The position numbers and the translations under genes were made by a program. 64,000 nt of DNA from Mizuhopecten yessoensis (taxonomy: Eukaryota): positions 1 through 64,000 of the forward strand of contig NW_018479939.1 in NCBI RefSeq assembly GCF_002113885.1, given 5' to 3'. Shown here piece by piece: positions 27,818 through 39,936 of the stretch; within the stretch, counting starts at the first letter, position 1; each line of letters opens with the position of its first letter. Below the pieces are notes generated by a model that did not search any database, was not told where the DNA came from, and saw nothing but the letters and a program-made list of their open reading frames with translations.

Positions 27818-28183
27818 TGGACTTTGATGTTGAACGTTCGCCCACGTGAGGAAGTCAATGGGTTCTTCCCCAAAGCCGGGACATACCAAAGTCCGTTAAA
27901 ATGGTGGTTGCTATTCCCTGCTTAAGGTTCAGCATTAAGGGTACAGGCAACAACTGGTTCACCCGTTGCCAGTATAATGTGACCAGGCGGAATGCTGTGC
28001 TGGGTGCCTTCATGGTATTTCAGTGAGGTAGCAGTATAACGTCGGAATCAGATCCGCGCTATCACAAGGAGGCAAGTACACCAACATACACTGTCTTCAG
28101 CACACATACACGCATGAATACACATGGAGGCACGTCCTTAAATGACCGTAGGTATTAATAGGACATTAAACCAAACCAAACCA
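27818..28183 (+). mobile_element. tRNA-derived SINE (Meta-like core), near full length
   Basis: Degenerate B-box gggttcttcccc, core cataccaaagtccgttaaaatggt...cagcattaaggg, tail ggacattaaaccaaaccaaacca. Five copies are in the window. Confidence 0.8.
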
Positions 28184-30369
28184 TTACTCATTAATTTGTT
28201 CGCTATTTTAGCAATATAACCATTAATGAGTCCCATTCAACAGAAACTTTAATAAAAGTTTTCTGAAAAAGAATATATATACTCGTATAACTTACGGAGC
28301 TTTAAAACAACCTTTTTTCTGAACTAATGAAGCGACATATTTCTTTTAGTTGAGAAATAGAATATTTATCCTAAGATGAAAACATTTTGATTGGAGGTAA
28401 AAGTTCTAAAAGCAACACAACCAATCATGTGAAGGTTATATTATGTAATATTTTGCTTTTTTTTATAACTATTTCTTCAATGCTGAGCGATGTTAATTTT
28501 TCCTGTGGGTTGAGAGCATTTTTTTTTAAAAATATAACAGTGATGTTAATACCCGTAAACGTTTTAAATTGCTAAATATCTTGGATCCGAACCCCCTGAA
28601 CCGCCCAAGCCCCCGACCTCTACCCCAATCACCGCCCAGGATTTGACTAGGTGATACATGGATTCATTACTGTCTGGTATAACGTACAGTTAATCAGACT
28701 GTGGTAATTCGTGTGGTTTGTCACAGTCTCCTCCCTTCCACCAGTTTATTTGGCTAGTCTCAGTTGTCTTTCGTTGGCAACATGTTTTTGCACGGTTATA
28801 AATTACGTATATGTCGGAAGTTTTGTATGATGGTAAGCTACCCCTAAGGCTGTTCGTCGTTATCTACAACTTCGTTCTGGTAGCTCCTGCAACCAACCTT
28901 TGGATCACATCAGCAAGATACAGGGGAGTTCTGTCAACTGGGCATCCCAGGATCTCAATGTAATTTCGCCAATTTAAGGCCAGCGCCCAGGAGAGGTCAC
29001 TTCAGTGCCTTCTTAGCGCCCATTCTCTTGTCTTCCGCGACAGACTGATGAATTTTGTATGACGGCTAGCTGTATTTAGAAAGGCTCACAAAAATTTGAT
29101 TGCACCCATACATTTCGGTAATTGATACAGTAGGCAACAAAAAAATGGAATAACACTGCGCATACAGCTTTCGTCCTTCTAGGACTCATCGGTGTGTTCA
29201 GGGGCCAAAAAGATGGAAATACAAATATTACCGTTGAAACAGAAGGAGAGATGAATAAAACCGTTTAATTATGTGAAATTCAAAAACTAGAGGAGTAATG
29301 GCTAATTTCACATTAATAATGCGTAAAACAAAGGAAAACAAAACAAAAGTTACGACAAACCTCGGAGACTAAGAAATCTATGAAAAGTTTTTCAAGAAGT
29401 TACTTGTATATATGGTTGTAAACAATTACTGTCTGTTACGTTTGGTGTAAACAGCAGATATAGCCCCATATATCAAAGAATGACTGATCATATATATCAG
29501 CAATCATTCCCTGAAAAAATGTATTTGTATAATGTACCAACACGTTTATTGAGTTTTCTGCTGAAAAAGTCATAATTGTGTCCTTTAAAAAACAAAATGG
29601 CATTGATTTCCTTGTTAACAAATTAAAGCATATTGTAATAGGATTTATACGCAAATTATATACTTACTGCTATCTAAAAATATGCACAGTTTGAGTGCAT
29701 ATGCATAATCCCACAGATGTAAACCATTTGATGCTAATTGCTAATAAGGTTGCTAAAGAACGGCTTCGTCTGATGTACGTAACAGACAGTCTATATTCCA
29801 TCTTTATTTTCATGAGATAGGGCGACAAACGGGCTGGAATCCAAGTTGCAGTCATTACAGGATCACGACCATAATCAATAAACACTGTCTCATAAAGACG
29901 ACCGTACCAAATAATAATGTGTTTAACCAGGACCACCTACAATATTGGGCAGGTGTGAAAGGAAGAATAAATTGGAAAATAAATACATAAAGAAGGCGCG
30001 ACTTCATGAACGAAGAAAGTTGTTAAATAGTATCAGTAACTCATTCAAGACTCTGTGATAATCCCTGTGTTACCTGTAACACGTGAATAATGAATCCACA
30101 TCATAGATCACAAAGCCGGCATATTGTGTTTTGTTAACGTTAACATGTATTACGTCTGTATTATATACACAAAATTCTAAACAAAAAAACTATCGTTGAT
30201 ATATTATTAATCCAATAGTTTTTTTTCATTATTTATTCTAAAAATCTTTAAAATATTGATTGCTACAGTAAAGGTAATATTAGAAAAATTTCGTACTTTT
30301 TCGCACAACGCCAATAATCAAGAAGTGATACAATACTTTATTGCAGTGGGGTCCAGAAATTATCAAGAG

Positions 30370-30560
30370 GGTCTTAGATAGGCCAGGGAAAAGAGTAGGC
30401 ACGATATCAGGAAACACTCATTTCTACAAAGAGTATTACAAAAATGTGCATACACCACCACAACTATCTACCGAACGGTAGATGTCCATCTAGCAAGGAA
30501 TGTCAGGTAACCTTCAATAATCATTTGGAAATGAGCCAATACTACTTTAACAGCAGTTCC
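30370..30560 (+). mobile_element. Old CR1-type LINE ORF2 C-terminal relic
   Basis: Translates AREKSRHDIRKHSFLQRVL...PSSKECQVTFNNHL, resembling R.DIRK.SF..RV...WN.LP...S...FK..LD.H. Confidence 0.5.
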
Positions 30561-31514
30561 AGTATAGCTAACTTATATACCGAAGTCGTTCCCCACATTA
30601 CGTCCAAAGTACACAATTTACTGACAAACTAGAAATAGAGGCATAAGTCCTGCGTCCAGAGCGAGTTTAGGTGTGCAGTTTATTTGAAATGTCAGTCTTT
30701 CTATAGATAATATGTATTAAAAAACAAATCAATAATCGAAGCTATACATAGATGTATGATGTCAAGGCGGGTCACAGGGCGCCATTACTAAAACGAACCA
30801 ATGTGAGGTTGGTCGCTAGCCGGACAGTTAATGGCAGTTGTGCGACTGTGTTTTATACGTTATCAACGTATAATACTAAGGTCGGTTATATGAAATTAGT
30901 CAAAGCTGGTTGTTTCTCTAATATAAATAAGATATGTAAAATAAAATTATTATCAGATTTTTTTAATAAGTACATTGTATAAGAGAATGACTGTGTTTTG
31001 TTCATGTTTAAATCAGAGGCATCGGATGGTCTGATCAGGGCGGATACAAGATTTATTTAGGATGTTGCCAAAACATGATTTAGCTACGAGTTTTCTTGCT
31101 TAGGAATTGGCAAAAAATTAAAGGCCCTATCCTATTTTCTGTCATCATATTATAAGGATTGATTTATGGGGAATATATGCGGCTGATTATAGGGGAGACC
31201 GGGGCAAGTTCGGTCCCAGGGTAAGTCGGGTTGGGGCAAGTTCAGCCCTTGCAGTATATAAAAGTCGTGAAATTGGCAGGAAAACATGACGTCGCATTCT
31301 CAATTATGCTGATTCCAACGAGGGCCCTTCTTACTCAAGTCTGCCTGTCCGAACTTTCCCAAAGGCAAGTCATTCAATCTTCAAGCAGAAAAGGCTGAAT
31401 AATTCTTCAAATGTGGACATGTTAGCTCTTTTGTTAACATTTTATGAAAAGCATAGCATGTCTTTTCAAAACGTGTGTTTATGCACATACATTTCAAGAT
31501 ATTCCATAAGGTCA

Positions 31515-31862
31515 GCCTGCTGTTGACGATAAACCTCTATACAGCCCAGCCTGTTGTTGGCGATAAACCTGTATACAGACCAGCCTATTGTTGACGATAA
31601 ACCTCTATACAGCCCAGCCAGTTGTTGGCGATAAACCTCTATCCAGGCCAGCCTATTGTTGGCGATAACCCTCTATACAGCCCAGCCTGTTGGTGGCGAT
31701 AAACCTCCATACAGCCCAGCCTATTGTTGGCGATAAACCTCCATACACCCCAGCCTGTTGTTGGCGATAAACCTGTATACAGACCAGCCTATTGTTGGCG
31801 ATAAACCTCCATACAGCCCAGTCTGTTGTTGGCGATAAACCTCCATACAGCCCAGTCTGTTG
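31515..31862. repeat. Minisatellite, 34-bp unit, ~10 copies
   Basis: agcccagcctgttgttggcgataaacctctatac in tandem. Confidence 0.95.
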
Positions 31863-32199
31863 CATCAGTTCAATAGGAGCTCCATGTATATAACATTACC
31901 CTATATATATTCCTTGTTTATTGGCTTGCTTTATAAAATAGTAATTTCAAGTCACAGCTTTTGGCAACAACCACATATCAAATGTTTTATCCCACGTTCA
32001 ACTATCGCTTTATGTTGACTGATATTTATTATACCGAAAGTATTGGTGACTTATTAGCCCCAAAATCTTCCCAAAAAAACCAGTATTAATGCAGCAGAAA
32101 CTAGAGACGTGTCAGTCCCATGTTTAGTGCTGCAAACTGATAATACATTCATGTGTATTTGAAATGGAGGAAAATCCTCAAAATATTTGACTCGGATTA

Positions 32200-32356
32200 A
32201 TTTTGGAAACAGAAAAAAGGGAAACCTGTGCATCACCCCTGCATTCGCCACTGCAGATATATGAACTAGCTGTAATAGCTAATACCTTTTCAAGTCCGAT
32301 TGAGGAATCGATCCCCGGTCGTCTTTATTAAAGGTGAATGCTCTATCCACTAGGCA
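32200..32356 (-). mobile_element. Degenerate tRNA-derived SINE head
   Basis: Minus strand has an A-box-like gcctagtggatagagc and a B-box-like gggatcgattcc at tRNA-like spacing. No intact cloverleaf. Confidence 0.45.
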
Positions 32357-32395
32357 AAGATACAAATAACAAAACCTGTCTTACTGATTTCAACT

Positions 32396-32401
32396 TTTAT
32401 T
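32396..32401 (-). terminator. Polyadenylation signal AATAAA of the secreted-protein gene
   Basis: AATAAA about 220 nt downstream of the stop codon. Confidence 0.6.
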
Positions 32402-32618
32402 TGATTTGCTGTGAAACTTTCTTGCATGAGATGTTTCACATGTTGTTACACTTGAAATTATTATTGTGACAATATGTAAGCACTTGTTCCATTGGTGTCG
32501 TCATGGCTAACGGGAGGTAATGTTGATAGCCTCTCGGAAGATAGATTGTTAATATTCTTTATAACCGATTAACCGAATGGACAATATCTTTCTCCGATTT
32601 TGAAGTGATTGTTATTTG

Positions 32619-33158
32619 TTAATTCCTTTTGCGATCTTTTCCACCTTTACCGACTTTATTATCTCCTCCATCACTCCCACCGTTTCCTCTCTTCCCATTT
32701 TCCCCTCCTTTACCATCTTCTCCATCTTTATCATCTGTTCCACTTTTCCCATCTTTCCCTCCTTTACCATTTTTCTCTTCTTTACCATCTTTCCCATCTT
32801 TACCTTTTTTCCCTCCTTTACGATCTTTTCCATCTGTATCATCTTTTACATCTTTATCATTTCCATCGTCGTTTCCATTTTTGTCGTCATCAGAATCATC
32901 ATCTTCACCAGAGCGAGGCCTATCAGTAGAGTTAGGTGATCCAGGTCTCGTTACAGGTTTCTCATCTTTAGGTTCCCCATCTTCAGTGTTTCCGACTTTA
33001 GTGTTTCCGTCTTCAGTGCTCCCATCTTCAGTGTTCTCATCCGGGACCTCAACATCTGGAATAGAGGGTCTTTCCTCAGTTTGCCGTCTTTTTCTATTTG
33101 GTCTCGCTTGAGCCGACACGATCAGGCATAGTACTATGGTAAGCAGTATCACTCTCAT
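32619..33158 (-). CDS. Secreted 179-aa low-complexity protein: signal peptide, RKRR site, acidic domain, Gly-X-Y-like GKD domain (candidate shell-matrix/extracellular structural protein)
   Basis: MRVILLTIVLCLIVSAQA signal peptide. The splice acceptor tcttttattttacAG (AG at 33167-33166) lies 7 nt before the ATG, so the track's upstream 21 aa are intronic. The frame is intact, and an upstream exon, TATA box and polyA signal are all present. Confidence 0.85.
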   Translation of the reverse strand: MRVILLTIVLCLIVSAQARPNRKRRQTEERPSIPDVEVPDENTEDGSTEDGNTKVGNTEDGEPKDEKPVTRPGSPNSTDRPRSGEDDDSDDDKNGNDDGNDKDVKDDTDGKDRKGGKKGKDGKDGKEEKNGKGGKDGKSGTDDKDGEDGKGGENGKRGNGGSDGGDNKVGKGGKDRKRN

Positions 33159-34616
33159 CTTGTTTCTGTAAAATAAAAGATATAACACGTTTGGTACCAT
33201 CCAAATGAGCGATATTTTCATGATTATTCAAATTGAAAATAAAATATTCATGCTCGTGGATTCAACGTTATCACTTTCTCATTATATATGTAAAATACGA
33301 TATAATTATAGCTGGGGGACCGCTCCGTAAGAACCCCAAACTGTCCCACAAGTATATACAAAACACGATAGTACCCCAAATGTCACCATAGTATTTACAG
33401 AACAAGATCTATTTCAAAAGGGACTGTTACGAAAGTCCCCAAACCTGCCATTTTAATAATAAAAAAACATGCATCGGAAAGACCTTACGATGTCATGATA
33501 CGTCTACATATCAAAATTGGACAATATTTAGATTTCGATCTAACCAATCAACAGCTAGTTTACGTGGGCCACCTGTTTATATCAGGAAACTGGACCAGCT
33601 CGAGCAATTTGGAACAATTTTTAAATTTTGACCAATCAGTGGACTTGGTAAACATGTTTGCTGCATGTGCGATTGCAAAATAAAATGACGAATGCACATT
33701 CAGGCTTGCCAATCAATACTCAGGTAAATTTTCATGTTATCCTACCTCAATTACAATGAAAACAATTTCACTTATTTTAATCATTTTAGGCACTATAAAG
33801 ATCTATTTAGAATGACTTTTTTCTGATCATCTCATACAATAACCACATAAGTACATAATTCTAATTACTAACGAAAAATATTGCACAAAATAAATCCTGG
33901 TCCCCTCATACAATATACACAAAACTATCAGTTTTCGGTCACTTTCATACAACACACATTTACAAATATATCCTCTCTCAAGAGTGTACGAACAAAATTA
34001 CTCATCTCTGTACACCTCATAAAACACACACACCTAATTTCAAATCTACTTCCCCTAAGAAGTACATAAACAATATTACTAAGTTTTGGTCACCTCAAGC
34101 AGTGTATGCAAACAGTAAATGTAAATGTGCATTTTATTATTACATCAACTGTGTAATTCACAAAAATTTAAATACATTAATTAAGCCTACGATTTTCGAT
34201 ACAGATATGTTCACTGAACACATAGACACATGACGGCATTGTTGAGATAACAAAAAAATATTTAATCGGTTTCAGTATAAAATTCCATGTTATATTTTAT
34301 AGATATATATATTTTACCTTAGAATGGTCATTTAAAATGTTTAAAGACATACATTTTTTAAGTTTTAATTAGATTGAAAACAACAGTGGTTCGAAATTAA
34401 TCTTCTTGAGTGATCATGCTACTGAAACTTGAACAAATGTAATATTTTATATACACGATGTTTTACTAATTGTAAATTTTCATATTCATATTAGGATCTT
34501 AAGTTAAAATGAAAACATGAAAACATGATGAATAGACACGAGATGGAGATTTCTTTAACAATAAACATCTATGCAGGTGGTTTTTGTCCGGAAATACACG
34601 TTTAACTCTATCTTAC

Positions 34617-34740
34617 CTTATCTGTTGGGTGCTGCTTCGTCTGTGGTTCGCGCTACCTCGAGTTTGTTAGTGGACGCAATCTGGTCTGTGACTGTTGGTC
34701 GCTGCTTTGTCTGTGTTAAGCGGTAGCGTTGCTCTGTACA
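34617..34740 (-). other. Non-coding exon 1 (5' UTR) of the secreted-protein gene; intron 33166-34616
   Basis: GC-richer block ending cagataag|GTAAGA (consensus donor), starting about 30 nt downstream of the TATA box. Confidence 0.7.
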
Positions 34741-34762
34741 GAATTCACCCGGCTGTCCTGTC

Positions 34763-34769
34763 TTTTATA
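34763..34769 (-). promoter_or_regulatory. TATA box (TATAAAA)
   Basis: gggTATAAAAgac, correctly spaced before exon 1 and conserved in the paralogous copy at ~25681-25688. Confidence 0.7.
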
Positions 34770-35949
34770 CCCACCCGCAATATCAAATCGTGACTTTGGA
34801 TATAATATATACCCTGTCACGTGAGGAAGTTCAAATTACACGCTTACCGTGTACTAATTATAAAGGACTGGTAACATGTTTATGACTGTTCTGCAAGAAT
34901 CCACGATTAATGACAACAAACAAATCATGTGCAAATACAGTTTTAAGTTCTGAGGAAATCGTGATCAAATTGACCCCAGATTGTGTTTATTTTGAATGGG
35001 TTTAAAAATAACGTCAACTTGGACAAATGTTTTAGGCCGATTTGCATAGCATGCTGTCAACACAACACGATTTTTCGAGGTATCTTTACAAGTTAAAATC
35101 GTAATTGAGAACTGCATTACTGGTGTTTTATAGAATCATCAGCAGAAAAGAAAAGGTAATTCGAAAACTTGTTGACGCAACCACGTTAAAATAAGATGTA
35201 TTGTGTACAAGGCTCAGTGGGATACATCCTAATGATTAAATCATTTTGGGGAAAATGAAAACAACATTCTTACGTTCTTTATTTTTAATGCATATAGTAT
35301 GGAGAATATTGTTGTGATACGGCCAAATTCGTTAAACCGTTTATGGCAGATTATGTCAGAACAATGGACTTTTCCTCAGTGAACACTACCACCCCCATAC
35401 CATACCAAACTAACAAAACGCATTCTTTCTGTAGTTATAAGAACTGTCTTTCCCAATAATCGCGAACGACGTTCGGAATATATGACTGTTAACTCTTTTG
35501 TACATGTAACATGTTTTGTGAGAACCACGACAATCGTCAAAGTGAAATATCTATATTCTCTTGATCATACAAATATTCTCCAACTATATTTTACAACCGT
35601 AGATATACATGTATAAAGCTGCTCGCCTGTAAGGGTGTTTGTGAAGTTTGAAAACAAAGAAGGCAGGTCCATAGTCTTATCATTAACTGGTATGCGGAAA
35701 GATCGTACTCAAAGATTTCGAAAAATCGGAATATGTTTTAAGTCGGATAATACGTAAGCTACTAAAATAAACATCCTATACTCTACACTAGGTGTGTGAG
35801 CTTTACTGTAACTTCTGACCTTTATGCTTTATTTCACTCTCCCCTATATCTTTATATTTTAGTATGTACTAAATATATATGTCATATACGTTTGAGGATT
35901 ACTTTGTGCGATGTTTGAGAATATTTGAATGCCATATTATAGACTTAGG

Positions 35950-36112
35950 GCTATGTTTGAGAGCCTTTTATATAAACGTAGTGCTATTTTTAAGAGCTTT
36001 GCTATATTTATACACGTAGTGCTATTTTGAGAGCTTTGCTATATTTATGCACGTAGTGCTATATTTGAGAGCTTTGCTATATTTATACACGTAGTGCTAT
36101 ATTTGGGAGCTT
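35950..36112. repeat. Minisatellite, ~38-bp unit, 4-5 copies
   Basis: acgtagtgctatatttgagagctttgctatatttatac in tandem. Confidence 0.85.
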
Positions 36113-36814
36113 TTTTATAAAAAAAATCCTCCTTTCGTAGTTTTTCTTATATTGTAAGTATGTGTATACATCACTGAGGTCTGAAGGAGAGGCTTTAATG
36201 TGCATTTTAGTTATCGATACGATGCAAAAATGCTATGTGTAAACGTTTAGGATAAAATTACAGATGTGCTCAATTACTTAGCTTGTATGCTTGTGTGTCT
36301 ATCTTGGTTCAAGCGCGGTTGTTCTGTGACTGTAAAAGTAAGTCCCATATTTTAGCGTCATTACAAACATTGAAGTACGTTTGTAAGCGTTATCGATTCT
36401 CTATCTTTATGATCAACTATTACCCGTGTACACTTAAATATACTTCAGTATATTCTGTCCTGTAATGTTAAACGTTGTTATAAACTACGTGACCCTTTCT
36501 ACAATCTAATTGTGTCTGCTATCTTTACTATCTTTGCGAGCTACGCTTCACAAACTAGTTTCTACATTCATGTGTATGCATTGATGAGTTTTTTTATTAA
36601 ATATGTCTTGAGTCTGTTATTATTATTTGTTTGTCACTTTTTTAGTATAAATTAAGTCTAAGGTAGGTGATGTTTATTGTAAATTATGACATGTGTCGGC
36701 TTTATTATAGGTTACGTGAAAAGTTTATGGATATTATCATATAGTATGTCGTGAGTTTGTGAGTTTTAATAAACTAAATAATACGTTTGAAAATGTTATT
36801 GTTTATGTGCTTTT

Positions 36815-36925
36815 CAAGACGTGCCAGGTTTGGCGCCGGAGAAAAACCGGAGTTCCTGGGGAAAAAACACCGACCGGCGGTCATACCTGGCGACTGCCCC
36901 ACGTAAGGTTCGAACCCACGACCCT
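36815..36925 (-). mobile_element. V-domain SINE fragment (copies at ~45525-45630, ~53587-53692)
   Basis: Minus strand B-box gggttcgaacc followed by the V-like core ggtgttttttccccaggaactccggtttttctcc. Confidence 0.65.
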
Positions 36926-37049
36926 GCTTATTATAAAGTATGTCATCGGCAGATGCATTCGATATGCATGTAAATATAATTATCAACTATGTTTGTAATC
37001 TTTGTTATAAAATATATTAATCACATAGCTTTATGAATTCTGACTATAA

Positions 37050-37290
37050 ACTTTGACTATGTCATAAAGTTGGGTGGTTTTTTAGCCACTATGTCATAAA
37101 GTTGGGTGTTTTATTTGACACTATGTCATAAGTTTGGGAGTTTTATTTGACACTATGTCATAAAGTTGGGTGTTTTATTAGACACTATGTCATGAAGTTG
37201 GGTGTTTTATTAGACACTATGTCATAAAGTTGGGTGTTTTATTAGACACTATGTCATCAGTTTGGGAGTTTTATTAGACACTATGTCATA
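37050..37290. repeat. Minisatellite, 32-bp unit (fewer copies at ~45750-45895 and ~53812-53957)
   Basis: gacactatgtcataaagttgggtgttttatta in tandem. Confidence 0.9.
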
Positions 37291-38880
37291 ACAGGGTGTG
37301 TTTTTTTTGTTGGTTTTTTGTCAAATATGCCTTTTATCGTTTTACGTTATAAATTGTATTCTATATGTGTAAGCCTTATTATAAACAATGAAATAAGTGA
37401 TGAATCTTAATGTTTAACCCATCCTTAGTTTGGAACTGTATAGTGTCAGGATGTGTTTCCTTTTGTTTGTTATTTGACTGGAGCATATGTTCCTATGTAT
37501 CGACTTTGGTTGCAATAATTGTCTTCCTTTGTTTTGTTAACCTTTTTTCCTAATTTATCACTTATTCCTAAAACCTACATGTTAAAGTTTTAACAATGAA
37601 AATGTTTCGAAGAAATCATTCTGTGGTTGTTTAAACCTCATGACTCGCTAAAAGTTGTTTAAAGTATTCATTGTGCAAAATCTGTCTCCATTGTGTTGAC
37701 GATCACGAAATAATTCTATTTATAGAAACTAGGTACATATCGTAGCCCCAGTTTGACCAGACAGAAGCTAAGTCGTGATAACCAACACAATATCAAGTGT
37801 GTGATCTGATTTATAAACAAGGACAGGCCTACTATTTAAAGTCTCGTTGCTCGGGTTTTACATTTTACTTGTACCGGTGTAAGTTACCGTTTCAATCATG
37901 AAGGTTATAAAAGAATAAATATTTCCATTTGATTTAGGTACATCTGTATTTTGCGGCACTTTGTGATAAATCAAGCTAGCTTGTTGATCTAGAGTTTGGC
38001 GACCGCGCTCTAAACATATGGTGGGTAAAATAATGAATAAAACTACGAAGAAATGAATCACCTATAAAAAGTTCGTTCTTAGATTCAATTTTACAACAAA
38101 ATAGTACTGCACCATATGACCATTTCGGCCATTAAGAAAAACTTAAGGAGACTTAAAGGTTAAACAAATGAAATCTCCATATCTGAAGTGTTCGGAAGCA
38201 TATATACAGCAAAAACACAGCAAAATGTGCATATAAAACATTTCATCAACGTTACAAATTTAAAAAACCTTAAACTAGTTTTTTATTACAAGATATTGAT
38301 TATTTTTTACGGGTGTCAGGTTCTTGGGTAAAATCAGTTAATTTTCATAGCTCGCAGACATTGCATAACACTACAGTCCGCAATTTTCAGCTTTTACTTT
38401 AGGTTCCTTGTCCCCTTTCTTTAGCAAAGAATTTTTCTTTCGAGAAGCTCATAACAGTAACCTAGCAGGTATTTTTTCTATTTCATTGAACCAACTATTA
38501 ACATCAGAGTTAATATATATATATGTTTCTCAATCGTTAATTCCGAGGATTGTGTCCCCCTACTGAACATGTGTACGTTATACCACGGACTTAGATAACA
38601 ATCTAATTCCATGGTTATACTGCAGTATCTGGTGGATAGTTGAAGCCTCATCAATGTTATGAGAACACGTTGTGCTTTCTCTAAGTTTCCTCATCCTCAA
38701 ACTTCCAGGGGTTACGCATTCTAAATCACGTTTTCTTCACTCTTGGAATATGTAATGACGATATCGAAGCAAGTGATTGTAAATCAAGTTTACTTGTATC
38801 ATCCACAAGGTCGCGCATTCATAGCATTGAGTTGATAACGTGAGTGAGCGTAAAGTACCTGTTGAGCTCTTACGTGAGGT

Positions 38881-38923
38881 CAATCGGGAACAGTCGGCAC
38901 TTTCCGTAAACGATTCCCGATTG
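38881..38923. mobile_element. 43-bp minimal TIR element with 9-bp TSD (second copy 47511-47553)
   Basis: TIR caatcgggaa/ttcccgattg. Perfect direct repeat acgtgaggt at 38872-38880 and 38924-38932. Confidence 0.65.
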
Positions 38924-39088
38924 ACGTGAGGTATATAAAATTTCGGCGAATTTCGATCCCTAAAAACAACATAATTATTGACAACCTCGATCGCTTATAT
39001 ATATAACCTGAATTAAAATCAAAGAAAGTTCAGTCTACAGACACTTCAACAAGCGCTTTTCTCGGTCTTTATTTGTAACATGTCTAAC

Positions 39089-39301
39089 CACAGGAACTTG
39101 AATTTCTATCAGAATGCGTTAAGGGGGTGTATATATTGGGCTTAATCAGTTCTCTGAGCTTAAATACGGTAAGGGGGGGGGGTTATATATTGGGCTTAAT
39201 CAGTTCTCTGAGCTTAAATACGGTAAGGGGGGGTATATATTGGGCTTAATCAGTTCTCTGAGCTTAAATAGACCATTCTGATAGAAATTCAAGTTCCTGT
39301 G
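39089..39301. mobile_element. MITE with 28-bp perfect TIRs, 7-bp TSD and internal ~50-bp tandem repeats (P-superfamily-like); copies 47719-47881 and partial ending 55641
   Basis: TIR cacaggaacttgaatttctatcagaatg. TSD gtctaac at 39082-39088 and 39302-39308. Confidence 0.85.
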
Positions 39302-39591
39302 GTCTAACAGAGACAGCTTACTACTAAGCTGTACATTAAACATGACTATTTTGATTTCCTATCGTGATCTTTTTGATAATGCATGTACATGTAGCATATA
39401 TATCACTGCTTCTCCAGACGCAGTTGGGTTGGTTTGGTATTCAAGAGCTTACTCCGAATAGCAAGACTTCGGTAACAGATGTCGAATGCTAACAGATAAA
39501 CTTAAATCCACGGAATTAGATTATCTAAGTCCGTGTTAAAACACAGGATTTGGTGTTGCTTCGTTATCAATACTCCGAAACTAGCCTTCAT

Positions 39592-39936
39592 CACAAGGAC
39601 CTGATGGTTTGTTACAGCTATATTTGGACCTGTTCTACGGTGTCCAGTGTAATTGTACATGTTTTGGGGGTTTAAATCGACTTTCGGTAAAATGCCACCC
39701 CAATTATTATATATATAAGACTCATTAGACAATGGATAATAATTTGTGAACCGTTTTGAGACGACCTACAAACTAGGATGTGATAAAGCGGTATATAAGA
39801 ACCTCCAATTATTATTAATTATTAGGGGTGCATTTTTACCGAAAGTCGATATAAACCCCTAAATCATGTAAAAGTACTCTGAACGCCTTAGTTTATAGGT
39901 CCAAACATAGCTCTAACACATCATCAGGTCCCTGTG
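39592..39936. mobile_element. Older fold-back MITE with ~110-bp imperfect arms (copies 48172-48516, 55932-56167)
   Basis: cacaaggacctgatg...tcgactttcggtaaaatgc vs gcatttttaccgaaagtcga...catcaggtccctgtg. Confidence 0.75.

Noticed and set aside
27818-27880. tRNA gene candidates (also 32290-32356, 36900-36925)
   Set aside because: Only degenerate A/B boxes attached to SINE bodies. No cloverleaf.
28700-29090. GC-richer block that might be a coding exon
   Set aside because: The frames I translated contain stops and show no recognisable motif.
29430-29830. Possible L1/Tx1 RT relic on the minus strand (SLATLLAISIK...QT)
   Set aside because: The similarity is too weak to support without a profile search.
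31190-31250. ggggagaccggggcaagtt, resembling a pogo-like TIR
   Set aside because: No matching opposite end or TSD was found.
32609-33111. Overlapping ORFs on the + strand and an alternative - frame over the secreted-protein gene
   Set aside because: Shadow frames of a 9-nt-periodic purine-rich coding sequence. Only the signal-peptide frame has gene structure.
33159-33221. N-terminal 21 aa (MKISLIW...) of the 200-aa track ORF
   Set aside because: It spans the polypyrimidine tract and acceptor, so it is intron plus 7 nt of UTR. The true start is 33158.
37858-38061. 67-aa ORF with hydrophobic N-terminus, identical in three copies
   Set aside because: The identity is explained by recent duplication. 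It has a non-ATG start in the sequence and no recognisable domain or gene signals.
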